Shown: positions 1 through 9,333 of the stretch, piece after piece | How the letters are laid out: each line of letters opens with the position of its first letter | How positions within the stretch are numbered: position 1 is the stretch's first letter | Assembly: GCA_964532725.1 (NCBI GenBank) | Contig: CAZHKN010000001.1 | Location: 561 to 64,560, forward strand | Source of the DNA: an uncultured Terracidiphilus sp. | GTDB taxonomy: Bacteria > Acidobacteriota > Terriglobia > Terriglobales > Acidobacteriaceae | Reading direction: 5' to 3' | Length of the DNA: 64,000 nucleotides | The notes under the pieces: model-generated | The model's input: the letters and a program-made list of their open reading frames with translations, nothing else | Database searches by the model: none | What the model was told of the DNA's origin: nothing | Made by a program: the position numbers and the translations under genes

Positions 1-671
1 ACGATGGGGATTTTTTCCGCATGGATATAAAGCCAGACATCGAGTTCTGTCCAGTTAGAGAGCGGGAAGACGCGAATGGACTCACCTTTGCGCAGCCGCG
101 AGTTATAGAGGCTCCATAACTCGGGGCGTTGATTTTTCGGATCCCATTGGCCGGCGGGGTCGCGGAAAGAGTAGACGCGTTCCTTGGCGCGGGATTTCTC
201 TTCATCGCGGCGCGCGCCGCCGAAGGCTGCATCGAATCCACCTTCTTCGAGCGCATCGAGCAGGGAGCGGGTCTTGAGCAGGCCGCAGCAATTCTGCGTG
301 CCGAGCTTCTGCGGGTTTGCGCCCTCGGCCAGTGCTTCTTCGTTTCTGTGAACGAGGAGCTTGAAGCCTAATTCTTTCGCGTAGTTATCGCGGAAGGAGA
401 TCATCTCCGGGAATTTGTAACTTGTATCGACATGCAGCAGCGGGAAGGGAATGGGTCCGGGGAAAAAGGCCTTCTGCGCAAGGCGCACCATGACGGAAGA
501 ATCCTTGCCGATGGAGTAGAGCATGACCGGGCGGGCGAACTCCGCCATAGCCTCACGCAGGATATGAATGCTCTCCGCTTCGAGGGCGCGTAGGTTGTTC
601 AATGCAGGGATAGGGTGATCTACATTTTCCTGCTGTGCTGCAAACGAATTACTCGGCGCCAGTGTGGCCAC
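1..671 (-). CDS. cysD: Sulfate adenylyltransferase subunit 2 (3' end runs off the window)
   Basis: Manual minus-strand translation gives [14 protein letters not shown]...[13 protein letters not shown]...[13 protein letters not shown]...[17 protein letters not shown]...[11 protein letters not shown]...[14 protein letters not shown], the hallmark CysD motifs. Probable GTG start at 671 with GGAG upstream. Not in the ORF track. Confidence 0.95.
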   Translation of the reverse strand, partial: MATLAPSNSFAAQQENVDHPIPALNNLRALEAESIHILREAMAEFARPVMLYSIGKDSSVMVRLAQKAFFPGPIPFPLLHVDTSYKFPEMISFRDNYAKELGFKLLVHRNEEALAEGANPQKLGTQNCCGLLKTRSLLDALEEGGFDAAFGGARRDEEKSRAKERVYSFRDPAGQWDPKNQRPELWSLYNSRLRKGESIRVFPLSNWTELDVWLYIHAEKIPI

Positions 672-740
672 AACAACTCCATTTCATCTTGAACCTCTGC
701 CAAGAACCAAATTGGGTACAAATGTATATCAATCTCTGCT

Positions 741-1485
741 TCATGCTGTTGCTCCCAGGCCCCAGCGACGCTCGAACCAGCGCTCCAGCGAGCGGAAGAG
801 GAGTCCATCGACAGCCCAGCCGATGAGAACGATCAGCAGCATCACGGCCAGCACCATGCTCATATCACTATTATCGCGCCCCATCATCAGCAACTGGCCG
901 AGGCCGAGGCCGGCGACGATCATTTCGCCGGAGACCAGCGCGCGCCAGGCAAAGGCCCATCCCTGCTTGAGGCCGCTGACCAGGTGGGGAAGGCTCGCAG
1001 GCAGCAGCACGTAGACAAAAAGCTTCCATCCATACGCGCCGAGGTTGCGCCCAGCCATTGAATAGATGCGGGGAATGGCGTGACGCCCGGATTCCATGCT
1101 GATGGTGATGGAGAGAACCGAACCGGTAATCACGACAAAGTAGATGGATTTTTCGCTGAGCCCAAACCACAGCATGGCCAAAGGGAGCCAGCAGATACTG
1201 GGCAGGCTTTGCAGGCTGGTAAGCAGCGGGCCGACCGTTTCTTCGAGGAACTTGCTGCTGGCGATGCCGAAGCCGAGGGCCATGCCCAGAACGACTGAGA
1301 TGGCATAGCCGATGACAACGCGCCTCATGCTGATGCCAATCGCAATCCAGAAGCTGTGGTCGGCAAAGCCATCCCGCAGGGATTGCCAGACATCGAGCGG
1401 GGCGGGGAGCAGATACGGCGGCCAGATGCGCGCATGAGCGATCAGCGCCCAGGCAGCGAGCAGCGATCCGTAGAAGAGCAGGTTC

Positions 1486-1502
<17 letters not shown>
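741..1502 (-). CDS. ABC transporter permease, NitT/TauT/SsuC family
   Basis: Hydrophobic helices; LQSLPSICWLPLAMLWFG and EAA-like loop (AGRNLGA...VLLPASLP...GLKQGWAFAWRALVSGEM). Start moved to the ATG at 1502 (GGAG upstream). Confidence 0.92.
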
Positions 1503-2363
<861 letters not shown>

Positions 2364-2367
<4 letters not shown>

Positions 2368-3461
2368 GGAATCACCTTTTTCTTCTTTTCGGCTAACACT
2401 TGATTGAGCAGGTTGAGGTCATACAAACCGGATAGGTCGGGCAGGCGGCGAATCAAGCCCGCCTGCACGGATTGCTGCGCCGAGGAGGCGAGGGAGCTGC
2501 GCACGGGATCCCAGGTCGGAGTCATGCGGGCAAAGGCTTCGTCCAACTCGGCGGCAGGCAACGCCTTGCCGGTAGCTGCCTGTATCTCTGAATTCAGCAG
2601 CTTCTTGGCGTCGGCGGGGTGCGTATTGATCCAGTCGGTGACATCGACATGGGTGCGCAGCCATTGCTTGACCACCTCGGGATGCTGGCGGAGGAAATCT
2701 GTTCGCACGATCAGTTGCGCGCTGATAAACTGCCCGCCGGGCCAGAGCTGGCGTTCATCGATGAAGAGCCTTCCGTGGCCTTCGTGAATCAGCCGCGTGG
2801 CCCAGGGCTCCGGCGCCCATGCGGCGTCGATTTCACCTTTTACGAACAGGGTCAGCTGGTCGGGGTTGGCCAACGGCAGCACCTGTACATCGCCGCCTTT
2901 GTCCGTAGTATTCAGTCCCTGCGAATGCAGCCAGGCGCGGAGGGCTACATCCTGGGTGTTGCCGAGTTGCGGGGAGGCGACGCGCTTGCCATGAAAATCG
3001 GAGGGCTTGTTGATGCCCGCTCCGTCGCGCACGATCAGCGATGCGCCGCCGCTTGACGCGCCGGCGACCACGCGCAACGCTTCACCGTGGGATTGAATGT
3101 AGCCGTTCAGCGTGGGACTGGGGCCGATGTAAGCCAGATCGAGCGCGCCGGCGAAAATAGCCTCCACCACGGAGGGCCCAGCGTTGAACTGCTTCCACTC
3201 CACGCGGAAGCCGGGGCCAAGCGAACGCTCAAAGTCGCCCTGGGTCCGCCCGACAAGCGCTTGTGAGTGGGAGATGTTCGGGAAGTAACCGACGCGCACC
3301 GGCAACTGCGATTGGGCGTTGGAAGCTATTCCCGTCAATGCTGCCGTGAGTAGAAGAATTCTGGATAAATGCGCTGTCGCGCTGTTCGCGCCGGAGCGAT
3401 GACCAGAAAAGTCGCGGCCGCGTATAGATGTGCGTATTGAACTGAAAGTGGGCACGGGCAT
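2364..3461 (-). CDS. ABC transporter substrate-binding protein, SsuA/TauA-like
   Basis: Signal-like hydrophobic stretch; GYFPNISHSQALVG, FNAGP, YIGPSP, ASPQLGNTQDVALR and DAAWAPEPW motifs; 4-nt overlap with the ATPase gene. Confidence 0.9.
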
Positions 3462-3530
3462 CCTGTTTTTTTGAAGATCGCCAAGGGCGATATTGGATGG
3501 GACAGCAAAATCGTGACAAGCCAGCGGGCG

Positions 3531-3581
3531 CTAGCGACAACAGAGACAACAACAGGCGATTTTGGTCAGGATCATCCGCAT
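3531..3581 (-). CDS. Cysteine-rich leader (attenuator) peptide MRMILTKIACCCLCCR
   Basis: Minus strand reads ATG CGG ATG ATC CTG ACC AAA ATC GCC TGT TGT TGT CTC TGT TGT CGC TAG. It lies between the promoter and the first gene of a sulfur-assimilation operon. Confidence 0.8.
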   Translation of the reverse strand: MRMILTKIACCCLCCR

Positions 3582-3603
3582 AATTAGAACGCGCAGTGGT
3601 TGA

Positions 3604-3632
3604 AGTGTATCGTCCCCGGCACGAAATGTCAA
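3604..3632 (-). promoter_or_regulatory. Sigma70-type promoter of the leader/ABC/cysD operon
   Basis: TTGACA (3632-3627), 17-nt spacer, TACACT (3609-3604) on the minus strand, 22 nt upstream of the leader ATG. Confidence 0.75.
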
Positions 3633-4210
3633 AGATTTCCACAACAATCGCTGCGGCGCCGTGACAGTGAGAGCTTGCATGAAGATTCCAGTAATTCATT
3701 GATTATTTGACTCTTAGACAAGCTTTCCGGGGAGGCATGCTATTTTCGCGTTCCCTTTCCCGATCTGCCAAAATTGAAAGCTGACGCATGAAACCATGCG
3801 CGGCCCTCGAATTGGCTGGGCGGGGCATCGGCGGTTGCGTCCCGTTTGTCAGGCCGCAGAATCGGGTCTATTTCCGCTTGCCTGTTCTCCGGACTCCTGT
3901 AGAGAGGTTCTGCCGCGGCGCAATACCGGCAACGGACGACAGCTTTCGAGGGCAAGGAATCATTGGCTCCGGATGGACCGCAACCGCTGCTGTACAGTTT
4001 TAACTCAGCGGCATTCTCGCTCCTTTAATGAAATGATTTGCGGATTCCGTGAAGCCGGACCTCCAATCGCAATCTGCGCGAGCCTCGATTATCATCAAAA
4101 TGTCTCCAATATCCGTTATGAATTGGTTATTTACAAGATAGTTAACAAGTAACAGGTTCTCCTTGATTGGAGCGGGGAAAGGCGTACTTCCCCCATGACA
4201 AAAAGAAGAT

Positions 4211-4255
4211 TTTTGCAAAATTTTGCTTGACGAACCCCAATGCCCAGCCTAATCT
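4211..4255 (+). promoter_or_regulatory. Sigma70-type promoter of the eCIS operon with adjacent palindromic operator candidate
   Basis: TTGACG (4227-4232), 17-nt spacer, TAATCT (4250-4255). Overlapping palindromes TTTTGCAAAA (4211-4220) and GCAAAATTTTGC (4215-4226) abut the -35 box. Confidence 0.6.
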
Positions 4256-4389
4256 GGCCCCTCGCCGTAGTTGTGGCGAATGTTTGTTGTGGATCCGCAT
4301 CCCCAAACCGATCCGCGGATTCTTCACTTAGCGCGCAGCAGTACGACTTCGTCGGTCAAGATACGCCCCATTGCGGCGGGAGGAGAACT

Positions 4390-6810
4390 ATGTCCAGCGT
4401 TTACAGCTACCCTGGCGTTTATATCCAGGAACTGCCCAGCCCGGTTCATTCCATCACCGGCGTGGCCACGTCGATCGCGGCATTCGTGGGCTACACCGCC
4501 AGCGGCATCGACAACCGGGCGCAAGCCATCTACAGCTTCTCTGACTTTCAGCGGCTCTTCGGCGGGCTGGCATCCAACAGCGAAGTCAGCTACGCGGTGC
4601 AGCAGTTCTACCAGAACGGCGGCTCACAGGCGTATGTGGTGCGCACGCCGATGCACTACACCACTCCCGCGCAAGGATACGCGCAAGTGGTCTTTGGCCC
4701 GGTGGGAAGCCGGATCGGCTTCGAGTCGTTGAGCAGCGGGCAGTGGGCCAATGGCCAATTGCTGATCGACATCGATGTCCAGGGCCTGAATCTGTCCCCT
4801 GTGACGGGAGACCCCTATTCGTTCAACCTGACCACCACCAACCTGGCGAACGGAACCACGGAGTATTTTCCCGCGCTTACGCTCAACAGCAACCTGCAGA
4901 ACTTTATCACCACCGTGATCAATGACGTGGACAACGGATCGCAGTTGGTGAACGTGAACCCCTTGACAACCAGCATTCCCGCGACGCTTTCCGCAGCCGA
5001 TGCCTTGGAGGTAACCGGCCTTTTGGGCGGGGCGATCCCCTCGCAACCGGTGACCGTGGGGGGCGTGACCTCGAACTACCTGACCGGCGTCAACATCGAT
5101 CTTGGCGGCGGCGTCACCACAACGGTGATTACTGTGGCGACGAACCCGGTGGCCGGCAATACGTTGACGATCAACGGGACAGTGGTAACTTTTGAGACCT
5201 CGAACGCGACGGGGAATCAGGTAAACATTGGCGCCAACGCGACGGCGACGGCGACGGCGCTGTTCACGATGCTGGCGGCCTCGGCCGATGCCAACCTCTC
5301 GAAGGCGACCTACACCAACCCCAGCGCCGGCGTGGTGCAGGTAACAGCGAAACCGGGACAGACGATTACCGCGGTGGCCAGCGTGGCCACGTCGATCACC
5401 TTTGTGAACAACGGGGCAACGGTGGCTGCCGCGGATTGCTATCTGACCCTCACGCCCCCGGCGCGCTCCGCGACCGCAATTACCACGGGAACGCCGCTCT
5501 CCATCCGCGTCATCAGCAGCGGCCAGGCGATTCCGCAGACCGTGCAGGGCCTCGCCTCGCAACTGCAGCAGGCCATCAATCAGGCTCTGGCCATCAGCAT
5601 CTCCGGCGCGTCTGTGGTTTGCTCGGCCGCGCCCATCGGCACCACCGGCAGCCTGGGCATTCGAGTGAACGCGCTGCTGCCCAATCAGCCGGACGGAATC
5701 ATCAACTTCAGCGACCCGTTGACCGGCCCAACCACCGCCACGGCGCTGGGGCTTACGAGCGCCACGCTCACATCGAGCAACGCAGCCCACTATGCGCTGG
5801 GTTCCGGCATTGGCGTCACGCCGCTGCCAGTGCAGGGCCAGGAGTTCTCCTCGACGCAGGCAGTGGCTCCGGTTGGATTGCCCTACAGCACCGAACTGAT
5901 CGGCAATCCGCAGGCCTTCAGCGGTATCTACGCGCTGCTGAAGGTACCGGGCTTCAACCTGCTGTCAATCCCCGAGGCGGCGCGCGCGTTGCCGGGCAGT
6001 CCCAGTTCGCTGGACCCGAACATCAACCCGGTGCAGATTTACTCCTCTGCCATTACGCTTTGCGATCAGGCGCGGGCGATGCTGCTGATCGATCCGCCCC
6101 CTTATGTGACCACGGTTGCCGGCGCGGTGGATTGGATCAGCAGCAACATTGGAGTTTCGAATGCCAATGGCGCGGCGTTCTGGCCGAGGCTGCGGCTTGC
6201 AGACCAGTTGAACAACGGGGCGCTGCGCACCTTTGCTCCCTCCGGACTTGTGGCAGGCGTCTATGCCAACACCGACGGAACCAGCGGAGTGTGGAAGGCG
6301 CCCGCCGGGATCAATGCGTCGCTGAACGGCGTACAAAACATGACCTACCAGTTGAGCGACGCCGAAAATGGCGTACTGAATCCGCTGGGCCTGAACTGCT
6401 TCCGCACCTTCCCGATTTATGGGCCGGTGCTATGGGGAGCCCGGACTCTCTTTGGCGCGGACGCGATGGCCAGCCAGTGGAAGTATGTGCCGGTGCGCCG
6501 TACCGCGCTCTTCCTGGAGTCGAGTCTCTACCAGGGCACGCAGTGGGTGGTCTTTGAGCCGAATGACGAGCCGCTCTGGGCGGCGATCCGGCTCAATGTC
6601 AGCTCGTTTATGCAGACCTACTTCCTGAAGGGCGCATTTGCCGGGACGACTCCCGACGAGGCGTACTTTGTGAAGTGCGACAGCGAAACCACGACGCAGG
6701 CCGACATCGACAACGGGGTGGTCAACATTCTGGTTGGCTTCGCTCCGCTGCTGCCGGCTGAATTTGTCGTGATCCAGATTGAGCAGTTGACAGGACAGGC
6801 AGGCTCGTAG
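4390..6810 (+). CDS. Contractile tail sheath protein (Afp2/3/4-like, eCIS) with large central insertion
   Basis: N-terminal YPGVYIQE...ITGVATSIAAFVG...FYQNGG; C-terminal PSGLVAGVYA...GVWKAPAG...LNPLGLNC...WGARTL...WKYVPVRR...WVVFEPNDEPLW...AYFVKCD...GFAPLLPAEFVVI. AGGAG precedes the ATG at 4390. Confidence 0.96.
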   Translation: MSSVYSYPGVYIQELPSPVHSITGVATSIAAFVGYTASGIDNRAQAIYSFSDFQRLFGGLASNSEVSYAVQQFYQNGGSQAYVVRTPMHYTTPAQGYAQVVFGPVGSRIGFESLSSGQWANGQLLIDIDVQGLNLSPVTGDPYSFNLTTTNLANGTTEYFPALTLNSNLQNFITTVINDVDNGSQLVNVNPLTTSIPATLSAADALEVTGLLGGAIPSQPVTVGGVTSNYLTGVNIDLGGGVTTTVITVATNPVAGNTLTINGTVVTFETSNATGNQVNIGANATATATALFTMLAASADANLSKATYTNPSAGVVQVTAKPGQTITAVASVATSITFVNNGATVAAADCYLTLTPPARSATAITTGTPLSIRVISSGQAIPQTVQGLASQLQQAINQALAISISGASVVCSAAPIGTTGSLGIRVNALLPNQPDGIINFSDPLTGPTTATALGLTSATLTSSNAAHYALGSGIGVTPLPVQGQEFSSTQAVAPVGLPYSTELIGNPQAFSGIYALLKVPGFNLLSIPEAARALPGSPSSLDPNINPVQIYSSAITLCDQARAMLLIDPPPYVTTVAGAVDWISSNIGVSNANGAAFWPRLRLADQLNNGALRTFAPSGLVAGVYANTDGTSGVWKAPAGINASLNGVQNMTYQLSDAENGVLNPLGLNCFRTFPIYGPVLWGARTLFGADAMASQWKYVPVRRTALFLESSLYQGTQWVVFEPNDEPLWAAIRLNVSSFMQTYFLKGAFAGTTPDEAYFVKCDSETTTQADIDNGVVNILVGFAPLLPAEFVVIQIEQLTGQAGS

Positions 6811-6882
6811 CTGCTGTCCAGAAGCCGCGCGATGAGTTATGTCGCAGAAACCCAATAGTAACGAAAGGACAAGGGAGAGATC

Positions 6883-7410
6883 ATGGCGGAGTTCACAGTC
6901 AATGCGCAGCGTTTCGATCCGTACAAGAACTTCAAGTTCCGTCTCAAGTGGGATGGGCAATATGTGGCCGGGGTGAGCAAGTGCTCGGCGCTCAAGCGCA
7001 CCACGGAAGTGGTGAAACACCGCGAGGGCGGCGATCCCAGCACCAGCCGCAAATCTCCGGGCAAGAGCGATTTTGCGCCCATCACGCTGGAGCGCGGCGT
7101 AACCCACGACCTGGCCTTCGAGGCCTGGGCGGCAAAGGTCTGGCAGGTGAAGGCGGGTCTCGGCAAAGAGGTCTCGCTGAAGGATTTCCGCAAGGACGTG
7201 ATTCTGGACTTCTACAACGAGGCTGGGCAGTTGGCGATCAGCTACAAGATCTTCCGCGCCTGGGTCTCGGAGTACACGGCGCTGCCCGATCTGGACGCCA
7301 ACGCCAACGCCGTCGCGATTCAGCACATCGTGCTGGAGAACGAAGGCTGGGAGCGCGATACCTCGGTCATGGAACCGACCGAGATCAGCTACACTTCGAC
7401 CGCGGCATAA
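6883..7410 (+). CDS. Tail tube protein (T4 gp19-like; Afp1/5-like)
   Basis: RFDPYKNFKFRLKWDG...REGGD...PGK...ITLERGVT...FRKD...YNEAGQ...LDANANAVAIQ; directly follows the sheath gene. Confidence 0.95.
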   Translation: MAEFTVNAQRFDPYKNFKFRLKWDGQYVAGVSKCSALKRTTEVVKHREGGDPSTSRKSPGKSDFAPITLERGVTHDLAFEAWAAKVWQVKAGLGKEVSLKDFRKDVILDFYNEAGQLAISYKIFRAWVSEYTALPDLDANANAVAIQHIVLENEGWERDTSVMEPTEISYTSTAA

Positions 7411-7520
7411 TGCGGTTCTCCAATTTTCGTGGAGTGGTTGAAGCTGTGCAAGGCGGCTTTTTACTGAGAAGGAGCCGCTTGAGAGCATCAACTTCGCTCC
7501 AGACCGATTGGAGAACCGCA
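7411..7520 (+). other. Long (~110 nt) imperfect stem-loop immediately after the tube stop codon
   Basis: Perfect 14-bp inverted repeat TGCGGTTCTCCAAT (7411-7424) / ATTGGAGAACCGCA (7507-7520), enclosing nested pairings TGGAG/CTCCA, GTTGA/TCAAC and an apical GCGGCT/AGCCGC stem. Confidence 0.75.
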
Positions 7521-7666
7521 GGAGCGGTTCTGTTGCCTTGGGAAAAAGGCGAGTGAGCGGCTTCGGCGCTGTTGCGCGGCTAATTGCGCAGCAGCGTCAT
7601 TGCACGGCGCTCGTTCATCGTCTCACCATTCCCCGTTTCCCCGATGGGAACGCAGGAGCCAGAGCC

Positions 7667-8392
7667 ATGCACGCACTCAACGGCGAAGAGTTATTGATTG
7701 CCTGGGAAGGTTCGCGTCAGCAGCCGGAGCAGGAGACAGCGCTCTGCTTGCTGGCATTGGCGTTGCCGGAGCGGTCGTTTGGCGAGCTTGCCGCCATGCC
7801 GTTAGGGGAACGCAATGCGCTGCTGCTGGAGTTGCGCGCAGGCACGCTGGGCCGCTCGATGGAGGGCCGCGCAGTTTGCCCGGAGTGCGGGATGCAACTG
7901 GAGTTTGAACTGGACGCGCGGCAACTGGCGCGCGGCTTGCGCGAGCAAATCCAGGCGAACAGCGGGAAGCTGGAAGGATTTGCAATGCGCCCCGTGAATA
8001 CGCAGGATTTGCTGGCCTGCGCACGGGCAGCAAACGAGGAAGATGCGCGATCGATGTTGCTGGAACGGACAGTGAGCTTGCAGGAAGCAGAGCCGGGCCG
8101 AGAACAGCTTCAGAGTTTGCCGGCGCAAGAGTTGAACGCAGTGATAGAGCAGTTCGACCGGCTGAATGAAGCGGCAGAGATTCAAGTGCAGTTGCAGTGC
8201 GCCGGATGCGCGGCGCGTCCACGGCTTGATCTGGACATTGCGCATTATCTTGCGCGCGAGATTACCGGGGCCGCGCGGCGCTTGATGGCAGAGATTCATG
8301 AATTGGCCAGCGCCTACGGCTGGAGCGAGGAATCAATAGCGCGAATGAGCGGCGCGCGGCGGGCTGCTTATCTGGAGATGCTGAACGCATGA
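7667..8392 (+). CDS. Putative tail/baseplate assembly chaperone (two CxxC motifs; DUF6760-like C-terminus)
   Basis: LPLGERNALLL-type motif, CPECG and CAGC, C-terminal EIHELASAYGWSEESIARMSGARRAAYLEML. Position after the tube gene is typical. Start moved to 7667. Confidence 0.7.
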   Translation: MHALNGEELLIAWEGSRQQPEQETALCLLALALPERSFGELAAMPLGERNALLLELRAGTLGRSMEGRAVCPECGMQLEFELDARQLARGLREQIQANSGKLEGFAMRPVNTQDLLACARAANEEDARSMLLERTVSLQEAEPGREQLQSLPAQELNAVIEQFDRLNEAAEIQVQLQCAGCAARPRLDLDIAHYLAREITGAARRLMAEIHELASAYGWSEESIARMSGARRAAYLEMLNA

Positions 8393-9333
8393 GCGGAGTT
8401 CTGGACAGAATGGCGAAGCGGGCGCTGGGCGCGCTGCCCAAGGTGGAGCCACGGAGCGCGCCGCTCTTTGCGCCTGCGGCTGCTGGATTGGCGGGCGTGG
8501 GGTCTCATGATTCCGGCATTCAGGAAGTCTCGGCCGAGGTGGAGAGTTCACGCGGCGGTGTTGACCGTTGGCAGCGCAGTAGACAGCGATTGAGCGAGGA
8601 GGGCCGATTGCGCAACCAGCCCGGCGAGAATTTGCAGGAGATTCCTGTACGCGGAGCAATACGGCCAGAGAGTCCGGCGCCCGCGCGCGCGAATGCCGGC
8701 GGCCCGGAATCTGCAATCTGGGAATCAGCAATCACGGAGCCGCGATCATCTCAGACGCAGATTCCGCGCGAAGCAGCGGCGCGGAGCGGAGCAGCAACTG
8801 AGAACCCCGCTCAGCAACGGCAATTGCGCTCCGGTCAACGCATCGAAGAGCAGGCCGGAAAATTAGAGGCGGAAGAAGAACGAGAAGCCGAGGGAGTAGC
8901 GGGCGTAATCGAGCAGCGAAAGACCTCAGGGCCAACAGCCGGCGCTCGGGCAACAACGGAGGGGCGCGCAGTGGGTGAAGTTCTCGAGCGGGGGGAAGCG
9001 CGCCAAGAGGCGATCCTTACCTCAGCACTCATTGAACGCATTGTTGAAGTGGAAAAGGCTCAGGAACGCAGCGAAGAACTTGAACTGGCTGTGCGACCCG
9101 GTGCAAAGACAGCGACGCAACAGCGACAGCCCGAGCAGAGAATCGCGGCGCGTAACGAGACAAAAGCTTCCCTTCCAGATGCGCCGGCCGAACAGAAGAC
9201 AGAGATTCATATTTCTATCGGCAGCATTGAACTGCGCGCTCCGCGCGTCGAAGCCCGTCCGCAGGCAGCGCCTTTCCGCCCGCGGCTCACATTGAACGAC
9301 TTTTTGCGCCGTAAGCCGGAGGCAGGAAGATGA
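8389..9333 (+). CDS. eCIS-associated low-complexity protein
   Basis: ATGA-coupled to both neighbours; E/R/A/Q-rich disordered middle; C-terminal TEIHISIGSIELRA...LTLNDFLRR resembles proteins found before DUF4255 genes. Confidence 0.65.
   Translation: MSGVLDRMAKRALGALPKVEPRSAPLFAPAAAGLAGVGSHDSGIQEVSAEVESSRGGVDRWQRSRQRLSEEGRLRNQPGENLQEIPVRGAIRPESPAPARANAGGPESAIWESAITEPRSSQTQIPREAAARSGAATENPAQQRQLRSGQRIEEQAGKLEAEEEREAEGVAGVIEQRKTSGPTAGARATTEGRAVGEVLERGEARQEAILTSALIERIVEVEKAQERSEELELAVRPGAKTATQQRQPEQRIAARNETKASLPDAPAEQKTEIHISIGSIELRAPRVEARPQAAPFRPRLTLNDFLRRKPEAGR

Noticed and set aside
129-371. 80-aa plus-strand ORF
   Set aside because: Antisense shadow of cysD.
3229-4327. Short ORFs in the divergent intergenic region
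   Set aside because: No motifs or convincing RBS, and they overlap the predicted promoters; only the Cys leader is supported.
4240-4389. N-terminal extensions from the ORF track (also 7508, 15387, 24485, 33750, 55287)
   Set aside because: Downstream ATGs have better RBS or coupling and match family N-termini; some extensions run through promoters, hairpins or a MITE.
4624-7491. Long minus-strand ORFs 4624-5790 and 6430-7491 (and similar ones at 13859-15118, 24854-25984, 28778-30217, 40477-41700)
   Set aside because: They lie opposite well-supported genes, have R/G/H-rich shadow composition and show no recognisable motifs.
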